64,000 nt of DNA, taken from NCBI GenBank assembly GCA_910577935.1, contig CAJTOT010000003.1, positions 7,309 through 71,308 on the forward strand. The letters run 5' to 3'. Of this stretch, positions 50,427 through 59,501 are shown one piece after another (position 1 is the first letter of the stretch; each line of letters starts with the position of its first letter). The DNA is from an uncultured Hungatella sp. (GTDB taxonomy: Bacteria > Bacillota > Clostridia > Lachnospirales > Lachnospiraceae). The notes beneath the pieces were generated by a model. It was not told the DNA's origin. It did no database searches and saw nothing but the letters and a program-made list of their open reading frames with translations. The position numbers were made by a program, and so were the translations under genes.

Positions 50427-50638
50427 AGGAGCCGCAGCAAAAAGAAGAGCCACAGCAAAAGGGTTGTGGCTGTTCCAACAGTAATGGTGTTTGCAATTGT
50501 CGCTTTCCTGAGATATATTATTTTTAAAGTGGAAGCGCCTGAAAAGTTTAGAATTTTAAGGCGGAACCGAAAAAAATTAACAATACAGGAGGCGGCAGGG
50601 AGACCGCGGAGGTTCGCCGCGGTGTCTGCTGAAAGGTC

Positions 50639-51505
50639 ATGACAAGAGAATTTAAGAGTCCGATGATGAAACTTTTGTGGGAGTACGGGCTGATCACTGT
50701 CAGTATCTGGATTATGGTGGTGGGAGTGTACTTTTTCAAATTTCCCAACCATTTTGCTTTCGGAGGGGTCACCGGATTTTCCACGGTGGTGAGCGCTGTC
50801 ACCAGGTGGTCCGCGGGAGGCTTCACCTTCGCGGCCAATATGGCGCTTCTTCTGGCAGGGTTCGTGTTCGTCGGCCGTCAGTTCGGGGTGAAGACCGTGT
50901 ATGCCAGCGTGCTGATGTCGGCGGCTCTGGCGGCGCTGGAGAAGCTGTATCCCATGACCAGGCCTCTGACCACGGAGCCGGTTCTGGAGCTGGTCTTTGC
51001 CATCTTTCTCCCGGCGGTAGGGTCGGCGGTGCTGTTTAACATCGGAGCCTCCAGCGGAGGGACGGATATTGTGGCCATGGTGCTGAAAAAATATACCAGC
51101 TTTAATATCGGAACCGCCCTGTTCCTGGTGGATCTCTTCGCGGTGCTGTGCTCTTTTTTTATCTTCGGACCTGCCACAGGCCTGTTCTCCAGCCTGGGCC
51201 TTATGGCAAAGTCCCTGATGGTGGACGGCGTCATTGAGAACATCAACCTGTGCAAGTGCTTTAACATCATCTGCGACGACCCGGCGCCTATCTGCGACTA
51301 TATTATCAACGATTTAAACCGCAGCGCCACCATATACGAGGCCCAGGGGGCATTTACCCACCACAAAAAGGCGGTGGTGATGACCACCATGAAGAGGAGC
51401 CAGGCAGTGAGGCTGCGCAACTATATCCGCAGCGTGGAGCCCACGGCGTTCATGATGGTGACTAACTCCAGCGAGATCATAGGAAAAGGCTTTTTAAATG
51501 GATGA
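50639..51505 (+). CDS. YitT family membrane protein
   Basis: FAFGGVTG, ASSGGTD, SEIIGKGF. Confidence 0.88.
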   Translation: MTREFKSPMMKLLWEYGLITVSIWIMVVGVYFFKFPNHFAFGGVTGFSTVVSAVTRWSAGGFTFAANMALLLAGFVFVGRQFGVKTVYASVLMSAALAALEKLYPMTRPLTTEPVLELVFAIFLPAVGSAVLFNIGASSGGTDIVAMVLKKYTSFNIGTALFLVDLFAVLCSFFIFGPATGLFSSLGLMAKSLMVDGVIENINLCKCFNIICDDPAPICDYIINDLNRSATIYEAQGAFTHHKKAVVMTTMKRSQAVRLRNYIRSVEPTAFMMVTNSSEIIGKGFLNG

Positions 51506-52678
51506 GGAATCAGTTGAGGAACCGGGAGCTTCCCCCCCGGGAGGCAGGCTGGTTTCGTAGAGCTTCAGTCCTGCCGTCAGGTTCTCCACCACCTTGGCCT
51601 GGAGGGAGGAGGGGGAGAGAACCCGGCAGGAGGCGCAGTACTGGGTGCAGAAAGCGGCTGCTCCCAGAAGGCTGGCCCTGGTGGCCACATGGACCCAGTC
51701 CGGGTGCTCCGGGTCCGGGATATTGCGGATCTGAATGCCCCATCCGAAGTCATCCAGCAGGTTGTTGATGATGGAAGGGCTGCAGCTCAAGTGTATGCGC
51801 ACAGACTCGTCAGAGTACATAACCGGATGATCGTTGCGGTACTGTCCGGCCTGGAACACGGTCTGGGAGGCATTCTGGAAATAAGGAGCCAGCTTTTGGG
51901 GAATGGGGTCCCGACCTTCTCCCAGAATCCGGATCTCCAGAATCCGGTCGATGCGGAAGTTGGTCAGATTGTTGTCGTATTTTGGATTTCCGGCGATGAG
52001 GTAGGAGTATCCGTTGCTGGACATAACCGCATAGGGGTTGACGGTGCGGGGCTCCTGGCTGGTGGGACTTAAGTTCAGGGCAGAATCGTAGCGGCCATAG
52101 AGGATGGCCGTTTTCTGCTTTCTGCGGATAGCGTCTCTGAGCACGGAGAGATTGCCGAAGATATCCGTGGGGGATTTCTTAAGCTCCCGGCCGGAGAGAG
52201 CCGTGTAGAGGGACTGTCCCCGGAAGGCAAAGGGCTTCAAGTGTTCGATGTCCGTGATCATCTTCTGAGTCTTCTCGGCGGACAGATACTGGTTGATCTC
52301 GATGGTGCTCTGGAGTAGGTCCAGCTCTTCGGGGAGAATATCTCCTTCAATATAGTAGTACAGAATGCTGCCGTCGGGCGTTTCGTCCTCCGGCAGCAGT
52401 TCTATGTAGCGGTCAGGCATCCGGCTGTCCCTGCGGTAGCGGCGCAGGGTGCAGCACAGGTAACTGCCCAGGAAAGAGTCATGAGAGTCCCAGGGGGCGG
52501 GGAACTGGTCGGACATAGTCTTGATATGGTTGAGAACGGTTTTCCGGTCCAGCTGGATTCCAAGCTCCATCAGCCGCCGGTGAACCATGGGCGGGGAGAA
52601 GGGCTGCTCAGGTGAAGCGTCCAGTCTCAAAATACAGAAGATATACAAACAGATCAATTGATTGCCGCGGGCCGCCAT
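51494..52678 (-). CDS. WYL-domain transcriptional regulator (wHTH-WYL-WCX)
   Basis: N-terminal wHTH (LYIFCIL...LDRKTV), RTVNPYAV...YSYLIA...FRIDRI, WCX-like tail (VLSPSSLQAKV); RBS GGGAGG. Confidence 0.87.
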   Translation of the reverse strand: MAARGNQLICLYIFCILRLDASPEQPFSPPMVHRRLMELGIQLDRKTVLNHIKTMSDQFPAPWDSHDSFLGSYLCCTLRRYRRDSRMPDRYIELLPEDETPDGSILYYYIEGDILPEELDLLQSTIEINQYLSAEKTQKMITDIEHLKPFAFRGQSLYTALSGRELKKSPTDIFGNLSVLRDAIRRKQKTAILYGRYDSALNLSPTSQEPRTVNPYAVMSSNGYSYLIAGNPKYDNNLTNFRIDRILEIRILGEGRDPIPQKLAPYFQNASQTVFQAGQYRNDHPVMYSDESVRIHLSCSPSIINNLLDDFGWGIQIRNIPDPEHPDWVHVATRASLLGAAAFCTQYCASCRVLSPSSLQAKVVENLTAGLKLYETSLPPGGEAPGSSTDSSSI

Positions 52679-52794
52679 AAACGTACCTCCCCATATAGTA
52701 TTCGCGAAAGTCCAGAAGGGATGTATCCCGTCTGAGGAACTGTTACCAGTATACCCATGTCCTGGAAATTTGACAAGAAATTATTTTCCCCAAA

Positions 52795-52838
52795 GGCAAA
52801 TTTGCCCGGTTTGCTGCCTTATACTGAGTCCATCAAGC
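52795..52838 (+). promoter_or_regulatory. Perfect 12-bp palindrome and -10 box upstream of the AAA gene (candidate WYL operator)
   Basis: GGCAAATTTGCC at 52795-52806; TATACT at 52820-52825. Confidence 0.5.
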
Positions 52839-52863
52839 AGGAGAGAGGCGAGGAGGGCGAGAG

Positions 52864-54744
52864 ATGGGAAGAAGAATCGGGAAGCTGATCAGACCGGAAT
52901 TGAAGCAGACCATGATGAGAGGAGAATGTCCCCAGCAGGTGAGGTATCTTTATATATCCGACAGATTCGGAAAAAGGGGGCTGAGACAGGTTTTAAAGGA
53001 CGGAGGGGAGCAGTTTCAGGACACGGCGGCGCTGGCGGAAAAGAAACAGACTCCTCATTTTATTACAGTGACGGCTGACAAGGAGGAGGAAGGGTATCTT
53101 GCCGTCAGCCTGCTGGCAGGAATTTACGGCGAGAGGAACATGGAAGAGCTGGGGGAGGACAACGGCGACGCGGGCTTTGGCAGGGACTGTGAGTGGGAGG
53201 ACAGCAGCCTGCGCATCCCGGTGATTAATTACGCGGAAGCCAGCAGTTATTTTGTGAAAGAACAGGATACGTTCTTTCCCTTCGAAAACACGTTCCAGGC
53301 AGGAAGGCAGACCAACAGCGATTATGTGCCCTACTGGACGGCCCAGAGCACGATGCCTGTGTGTATCCGGATAAACTACTCAGAGCTGGGAAATGTGTCC
53401 ATGGCAGATACACTCAAGAGTTTTGAGGACAACCGCCAGGTATACCTGCTGATTGTGAAGACGAAGGGAGGATGGAGGGGCAGCGACTTCTTGTGGGAGG
53501 ACATTACCCAGGACAGCATCAATGAGCTGGTTCTGACATTCACGGCGGAGGAGGTGTGTATCCCGAAGAAGCGTTCCGTGTCACAGTACTATGAGAATGT
53601 ATGGAGGCAGATGGTTCGTGAACATGGCTACAGGCTGGGCAGGGGCTTCCGCGCACAGCTTCTTCTGCAGGACATAGAGAAGATGAACCAGGATTTTTCT
53701 TACGGGCAGCTGGAGAAGATTTTGAGATACGCGATCCGGGGCAAAGAGGGGACGGTCCTGACTGAGACGGATTTTTCTTTTATGGAAAGGTTTGTGGGAA
53801 AGAGCAGGGTTGCGGAGAAAGAAGCCGATGAGACACGCTCTGCGCTCCGGCGCCTTCGGGAAGACCTGGTGGGACTCGAACAGGTGAAGGAACAGGTGGA
53901 GGAGACTGTCCAGATACTGAAATTTAACAGAATCCGTCAGAAGATGGGGGTGGAGACAAAGGGGTATCACAACGTGCATATGATGCTGGGAGCTCCGGGG
54001 ACTGCCAAGACTACGGTGGCCAGGATCATGGGGGAAATCATGGCAGAGGAGGAGCTTCTTCCGGGGAGACAGTTTGCCTGCGTCAACGGGGCGGAGCTCA
54101 AGGGAATGTATGTGGGGCACTCGGCTCCCAAGACGAAGGCGCTGTTCGAGGACAACGACATTATCGTCATCGATGAGGCGTATTCTCTGGCGGGGAACGA
54201 AGGGGAGCCGGATTCCTTCAGCCGTGAGGCTGTGGCCCAGCTTGTCATAGAGCTGGAGGAACACGCCATGGACAAGCTGGTGATCTTCGCGGGATACGGC
54301 GGCAGCGACGTGGAGGAGAAACACAACAAGATGAAGGAGTTCATCGACTGCAACCCAGGCATCAAGAGCCGCATCAATTCCACCTTTCACTTTAAATCCT
54401 ACTGTGCCAGAGAGATGACGGAGATTTTTTCAAAGCATGCCCAGCTCAACCAGTATCTTTTGCCGGAAGGGTATGAGGAGATGGTGGAGGCGTATTTTGA
54501 GAAGCGGACTCAGGACGATAATTTCGGAAACGGCCGTGAGGCCAGGGCGCTCTTTGAAAAGGTTACGGTGCAGATGGCAAAACGGGTTCTGGGCGGATTG
54601 GGCGGCGGGGAGGATGAGAAAGCCGTGGCCGAGACCGAGGTAAAACAGTGCTTTCTTGAAGATATCCGAACTGCCCTGGAGCGGGCCGAATATGAGAACC
54701 GGCAGACGGAGGGAAAGAAGGTCAGAAGAGCCATCGGTTTTTAG
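52864..54744 (+). CDS. AAA+ ATPase, SpoVK/CbbX-like C-terminal module with uncharacterised N-terminal half
   Basis: LVGLEQVK, Walker A GAPGTAKTT, YVGHS, Walker B IIVIDEAYSL, IFAGY, NPGIKSR, FGNGR. Confidence 0.88.
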   Translation: MGRRIGKLIRPELKQTMMRGECPQQVRYLYISDRFGKRGLRQVLKDGGEQFQDTAALAEKKQTPHFITVTADKEEEGYLAVSLLAGIYGERNMEELGEDNGDAGFGRDCEWEDSSLRIPVINYAEASSYFVKEQDTFFPFENTFQAGRQTNSDYVPYWTAQSTMPVCIRINYSELGNVSMADTLKSFEDNRQVYLLIVKTKGGWRGSDFLWEDITQDSINELVLTFTAEEVCIPKKRSVSQYYENVWRQMVREHGYRLGRGFRAQLLLQDIEKMNQDFSYGQLEKILRYAIRGKEGTVLTETDFSFMERFVGKSRVAEKEADETRSALRRLREDLVGLEQVKEQVEETVQILKFNRIRQKMGVETKGYHNVHMMLGAPGTAKTTVARIMGEIMAEEELLPGRQFACVNGAELKGMYVGHSAPKTKALFEDNDIIVIDEAYSLAGNEGEPDSFSREAVAQLVIELEEHAMDKLVIFAGYGGSDVEEKHNKMKEFIDCNPGIKSRINSTFHFKSYCAREMTEIFSKHAQLNQYLLPEGYEEMVEAYFEKRTQDDNFGNGREARALFEKVTVQMAKRVLGGLGGGEDEKAVAETEVKQCFLEDIRTALERAEYENRQTEGKKVRRAIGF

Positions 54745-55132
54745 AGAAGAATCCATGATAACAAGAAAAACGCGCTGCCGGCGCGTTTTTTCCGTTGTTG
54801 ATATTCATATGGGGAGATGGCTGGAGATAGGCGGCCACGTAGGTGGAGAAGGTGATGCCGTCTATATCGTGGGCGGGGACAAAACCGGTATCGGTCTTTT
54901 TAAAACATATCAATTTGAAACTGGTGTAGTCGGTTCCGCAGGTGGTCTGGTAGAAATCGTTGAGGAACCGCTTGACTGTGTCAGGAGAAACCATGGTCTG
55001 AGGAGCGGTCACGTGGAAGTACCGCTGGTTGATGATATCGGTCAGCATGGGGACTGTCACCGGGCGGGGCAGTTCCAGAAGGGTGTTGAGAATGAAAACT
55101 CCGTTTAAACGGTTGGTGAAGAACGTATTCAT
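54722..55132 (-). CDS. Small hypothetical protein, possible stand-alone winged helix
   Basis: RBS AGAGGG; FILNTL...PVTVPMLTDIINQRY...VSPDTVKRFLND resembles the wHTH of WYL regulators. Confidence 0.55.
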   Translation of the reverse strand: MNTFFTNRLNGVFILNTLLELPRPVTVPMLTDIINQRYFHVTAPQTMVSPDTVKRFLNDFYQTTCGTDYTSFKLICFKKTDTGFVPAHDIDGITFSTYVAAYLQPSPHMNINNGKNAPAARFSCYHGFFSKNRWLF

Positions 55133-55185
55133 AAGCGATTCCCTCTTTTCTTTCCTGATGGATAAAATATAGGTTACGGTTCACG

Positions 55186-55310
55186 GGGCGGGGAATCCGG
55201 CATGGTTGTTGGACGCCGGGCCTGCTTGTAAGCAGACATTCCCGTCAGATTCCGCTTCGGGCGAACTCCTCAGCTTCTTGTCCGGCGCAGGCGGACAAGA
55301 AGAGACCCCT
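55186..55310. repeat. Structured intergenic element, copy B (homologous to 1574-1727)
   Basis: GGGCGGGGAATCCGGCATG, GCTTGT, GTCAGATTCC and TTGTCCG..CAGGCGGACA shared in order with the minus strand of copy A. Confidence 0.8.
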
Positions 55311-55447
55311 ATTAACAGTAACAAATATAGCAGAAAGAATGAGGAAAAATATCCCCATGACCAGAATACTCTTGTAATTTTTGACGTTCTTCTTTATAAT
55401 AGAAAGCAAGTAGTCAGAATTACATAGTTGTTGAGGAAGGAACTGAG

Positions 55448-57466
55448 ATGAGCAAGGAACAAGAGTTTAAACAAAAAATACTGATTGCAGACGACTCCGA
55501 GATGAATCGGTCGATTCTGATCGGAATGCTTGAAAGTGAATATCAGATTATTGAGGCAGAAAACGGGATTGAAGCAATCACTGCTATCCAGAAGTATGGC
55601 CCTGAGCTCTCGCTTATTTTGCTGGATATCGTGATGCCTGAGATGGATGGGTTCGGTGTGCTGGAAGTGATGAACAAGCGCCGCTGGATTGACGAGATTC
55701 CTGTCATTATGATATCGTCAGAAAGCAGTTCTTTCCATGTGGAACGGGCGTACCAGCTGGGAATTACCGACTATATCAGCAGACCTTTCGACGCGCTGAT
55801 CGTCCACCGCAGAGTGGTGAACACCATCGTCCTCTACGCCAAGCAGAAGAAACTGGCGGGGCTGGTCATGGAGCAGATCCAGGAAAAAGAGAAACAGAGC
55901 AGCCTGATGATCGATATCCTCAGCCACACTGTGGAATTCAGGAACGGCGAGAGCGGTCTCCACGTGGTTCATATCCGCGCCCTGACGAAACTGCTGTTAG
56001 AGCACCTGGTTCAGATATCGGACAAATATCAGTTCTCCCGGGAAGAGATTTCCATGATCAGCACTGCCTCGGCCCTCCATGATATCGGCAAGATATCCGT
56101 GCCGGGAGAGATTCTGAACAAGCCCGGGAGGCTGACAAAAGAAGAGTTTGAAATAATGAAGACCCATACCACCATCGGGGCGGAGATGCTTGAGAACCTG
56201 TCGTTTCATCAGGATGAGCCACTCGTCAAGGAGGCTTATGCCATCTGCCGGTGGCACCATGAGCGGTATGACGGCAGGGGATACCCGGACGGGCTGAAGG
56301 GAGACGAGATCCCCATCCACGCCCAGATCGTGGCTCTGGCCGATGTCTATGACGCCCTGACCAGCGAGCGTGTATATAAGAAGGCATTTGCCCACGAGGA
56401 AGCTATCCGCATGATCTGCGGCGGAGAGTGCGGGGCGTTCAACCCGCTGCTGTTAAAGTGCCTTACGGATATCGCGGATACACTCCAGGAGAGCTTGAAC
56501 AATACCGGAGCCAATCATACAGACGCCCAGGAGCTTCAGGATATTCTCGATGAGAAGCTGCACCCGAAGGAGCTTTCCGCCTCTGAGCGCACGGCGCAGC
56601 TTTTGGAGCATGAGCGCATGAAGTGCAGTTTCTACGCGTCCATGTCGGAGGAGATCCAGTTCGAATACACTCTGAATCCGGCTATGCTCACCCTGTCCGG
56701 CTGGGGAGCGCAGAAGCTGGGACTTCCTGAAATTATCGTGGAGCCGCAGGAGAATGACAAGGCGGTTTCCATCATGACTGCGGAGGACATGAAAAAACTG
56801 GGAGAGATTCTGCGCAGCACCTCCCCTAAGGAGCCGGTGGTAAAGTATGACTGTAAAGTGAATGCCGGCGGGGAGTCCAGATGGATGCGGATCATCGCTC
56901 AGGCTATGTGGTCGTTCGAGGAGACTTCCAAGTACACGGGAGCCATCGGCAAGGCCGTGGATATTCATGAGGCCCGCCTGCGCCTGGATGCTCTGGAGAG
57001 GATGGCCTCCCATGACACACTCACCAGGCTTTTGAACATTGACTATGCCGAGAGAAGGATCGAAGAACGCCTGAGCGCCGGCGGCGAATATGTTCTGATG
57101 CTTCTGGATGTGGATAATATTAAGGAAGCTAATGACAGCCGGGGGAGGCTGTTCGGAGATCAGGTGCTTACTCATGTGGCGGAGATTCTGCGCCAGAACA
57201 CAGGCGAGGGTGATATCGCGGCAAGAGTCAGCGGAGACGAGTTTTTGTATTTTGCCAAATCTGATTCCGACGGGGAACAGACTGCCGACAGGCTTATGGC
57301 GGCTCTCCGGGGAGAGTGGGAAGGATTTAAGATTTCGGTGTGCATGGGAATCGTATCTGCCGGGAACGGGAAAAAAGATTTCAGAGAGCTGTTTATGAAA
57401 GCCGACAGGGCTCTTCTGGAAGCGAAAAAAGATGGTCCGGGACAGAGAAGGTACAAGAATGAATAA
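55448..57466 (+). CDS. Response regulator: REC + HD-GYP + PAS-like + GGDEF
   Basis: LLDIVMP (REC), LHDIGK and HHERYDGRGYP (HD-GYP), HDTLT and SGDEF (GGDEF variant); promoter TTGTAA-17-TATAAT at 55372-55400. Confidence 0.9.
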   Translation: MSKEQEFKQKILIADDSEMNRSILIGMLESEYQIIEAENGIEAITAIQKYGPELSLILLDIVMPEMDGFGVLEVMNKRRWIDEIPVIMISSESSSFHVERAYQLGITDYISRPFDALIVHRRVVNTIVLYAKQKKLAGLVMEQIQEKEKQSSLMIDILSHTVEFRNGESGLHVVHIRALTKLLLEHLVQISDKYQFSREEISMISTASALHDIGKISVPGEILNKPGRLTKEEFEIMKTHTTIGAEMLENLSFHQDEPLVKEAYAICRWHHERYDGRGYPDGLKGDEIPIHAQIVALADVYDALTSERVYKKAFAHEEAIRMICGGECGAFNPLLLKCLTDIADTLQESLNNTGANHTDAQELQDILDEKLHPKELSASERTAQLLEHERMKCSFYASMSEEIQFEYTLNPAMLTLSGWGAQKLGLPEIIVEPQENDKAVSIMTAEDMKKLGEILRSTSPKEPVVKYDCKVNAGGESRWMRIIAQAMWSFEETSKYTGAIGKAVDIHEARLRLDALERMASHDTLTRLLNIDYAERRIEERLSAGGEYVLMLLDVDNIKEANDSRGRLFGDQVLTHVAEILRQNTGEGDIAARVSGDEFLYFAKSDSDGEQTADRLMAALRGEWEGFKISVCMGIVSAGNGKKDFRELFMKADRALLEAKKDGPGQRRYKNE

Positions 57467-57481
57467 CGGAGGGAATAACTT

Positions 57482-57841
57482 ATGACTTTACAGGAATGCT
57501 ATCAGTCTCTGGAAGGGGATTTTGACGATGTTCTGGGCCGGCTGCGGAGCGAGAAGCTGGTACAGAAGTTTGTTCTTAAATTTTTAAATGACAAAAGCTA
57601 TGAGCTGCTGTGCAGTTCCCTGGAGGCGGAGAATTATGAGGAGGCTTTCCGGGCCTCCCACACCATCAAGGGTGTCTGCCAGAATCTGAGCTTTACAAAA
57701 CTGTATCAGTCCAGCCATCAGCTGACAGAGGCCCTCAGGAACGGACTGAGCCCGGAGGCGCCGGGCCTTGCGGAGCAGGTGAAGAAGGACTATGAGCAGA
57801 CCGTGGCGGCGATCCGGAAGCTGCAGGAGGAGAGCGCGTGA
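57482..57841 (+). CDS. Hpt (histidine phosphotransfer) protein
   Basis: AFRASHTIKGVCQNL. Confidence 0.88.
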   Translation: MTLQECYQSLEGDFDDVLGRLRSEKLVQKFVLKFLNDKSYELLCSSLEAENYEEAFRASHTIKGVCQNLSFTKLYQSSHQLTEALRNGLSPEAPGLAEQVKKDYEQTVAAIRKLQEESA

Positions 57842-58113
57842 ATATGACTGAGGTTGCAAGATTGCTGCTGGGCTTGAGAGCGGCGGGCTGGAGCGAGAAG
57901 GAGATCAATGATTTTGTTCTCTACATCGGATCCGGTGAGGAGCAGTATAAGCCAAAGCCCCGGACGGAAAAGGATGAGTAGTCCGACGGGAGAATGACCG
58001 GGAGAGGATTGGCCGGATTAGGAGTAATTTTCCTAATCCGGCCTTGACTTGGTACTGCCTTTTGTGCATCACTGCCTTTATCAGAAATAAACCAAATAAA
58101 GTCCGGCCAATGC

Positions 58114-58148
58114 AAAAGAACACCTGCCAACCAGCCGGTGTTCTTTTT
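58114..58148 (-). terminator. Terminator of tRNA operon (possibly bidirectional)
   Basis: AAAAGAACACC...GGTGTTCTTTTT. Confidence 0.75.
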
Positions 58149-58153
58149 GTAAG

Positions 58154-58227
58154 TAGCGGAAGGGAGATTTGAACTCTCGACACTACGGGTATGAACCGTA
58201 TGCTCTAGCCAACTGAGCTATTCCGCC
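58154..58227 (-). tRNA. tRNA-Met (anticodon CAT, elongator type)
   Basis: Acceptor GGCGGAA/TTCCGCT, anticodon arm TACGG-TTCATAC-CCGTA, T-loop GTTCAAATC; lacks initiator C1 mismatch and triple G-C pairs. Confidence 0.9.
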
Positions 58228-58243
58228 ATATTATATTGTGGTA

Positions 58244-58316
58244 TGGGGCCTATAGGGCTCGAACCTATGACCCTCTGCTTGTAAGGCAGATGCTCTCCCA
58301 GCTGAGCTAAGACCCC
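58244..58316 (-). tRNA. tRNA-Val (anticodon TAC)
   Basis: GGGGTCT acceptor, TCTGC-CTTACAA-GCAGA, GGTTCGAGCCC; promoter TTGACA-17-TATACT at 58378-58350. Confidence 0.95.
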
Positions 58317-58509
58317 ATATCGTCTGGCCGCTCTCGCGACTGCTTTGTTAGTATAATTGATATTGTTCTTATTGTCAACACTTTTTTGACATTTTTTTGA
58401 AAAAAATTTTAGGGATACGTAAAGAAATCGAAACCGTCCGGAAAAGCCCCAGCCTTGCGGTCAATGACAAAATATGCTATACTGTAGGGCAGTGAGAGAG
58501 GAGGCTGTC

Positions 58510-59433
58510 ATGTACTATTTTATTGTAAACCCCAGCGCAGGAAGCGGTCAGGGCGGCAAGATATGGAAAAAAGTGGAGAAGCAGCTGAATCAACAGGGCA
58601 TAGAGTATCAGGCGCTGATTACGGAGAAGAGAGGGGACGCCATAAGTTACGCCTCCGGCCTGACAGAAGGGTGCCGGGAGCCCAGGATTATCATCGCCGT
58701 AGGCGGGGACGGCACCATGAACGAGGTGCTGGACGGACTGGCCTTCGGAGGGTCTGTGACGCTGGGATATATTCCCGCCGGATCGGGCAATGATCTGGCA
58801 AAGAGTCTGAGACTTCCGAAGAGGCCTTCCAGATGCCTGAAAAAGATTCTCAACCCCAGATACCACAAGCTCATGGACTACGGTGTGATGTCCTACGGGG
58901 AACCCATGGAGCACAGGCGCTTTCTGGTGAGCGCGGGCCTGGGGATGGACGGCGCGGTGTGCCGGGAACTGGCGGACTTAAGGATCAGGCAGGCGCTCAA
59001 CCGGATGAGGCTTGGAAAGCTGGGGTACATTGTGGCGGGAATCAGACAGCTTCTGCTGGCTTGTCCCGTAAAAGGCTACCTGCTGCTGGACAGAGTTCAG
59101 AAGGTGGAGCTGAACCATATCTATTTTGTCTCCGCCCATATCCACCCTTTTGAGGGAGGAGGATTTAAGTTCGCGCCGTCGGCAGATCCCTGTGACGGCC
59201 GTCTGACTCTCTGTGTGGTGCACCATGGGGCAAAGGCCGGGCTGTTTCCTTTTCTGGTAAGCTCCATCGTGGGATGCCAGAAGAAGTACAGGGGGGTCCG
59301 GTGCTATAATTGTCAGGAAGTGGAGATTCACGTGGAGCGGCCCATGGCGGTGCACGCCGACGGGGAGAGCTGTATGTGTCAGAGAGAACTGCAGCTGAGA
59401 TGTATTCCCGGCAAGGTGCGCATGATCGTGTAG
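58510..59433 (+). CDS. Diacylglycerol/lipid kinase family protein
   Basis: [25 protein letters not shown]. Confidence 0.9.
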   Translation: MYYFIVNPSAGSGQGGKIWKKVEKQLNQQGIEYQALITEKRGDAISYASGLTEGCREPRIIIAVGGDGTMNEVLDGLAFGGSVTLGYIPAGSGNDLAKSLRLPKRPSRCLKKILNPRYHKLMDYGVMSYGEPMEHRRFLVSAGLGMDGAVCRELADLRIRQALNRMRLGKLGYIVAGIRQLLLACPVKGYLLLDRVQKVELNHIYFVSAHIHPFEGGGFKFAPSADPCDGRLTLCVVHHGAKAGLFPFLVSSIVGCQKKYRGVRCYNCQEVEIHVERPMAVHADGESCMCQRELQLRCIPGKVRMIV

Positions 59434-59501
59434 GACTGCGGGCAGGCTATACAGATAGACAGACACAGTTGGAAACAGACGGAAAAGGAAAGGAAACATT
59501 T

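Noticed and set aside
57970..57996. Hammerhead-like GATGAG...GAA segment
   Set aside because: Lacks the CUGAUGA and GAAA core and flanking stems.
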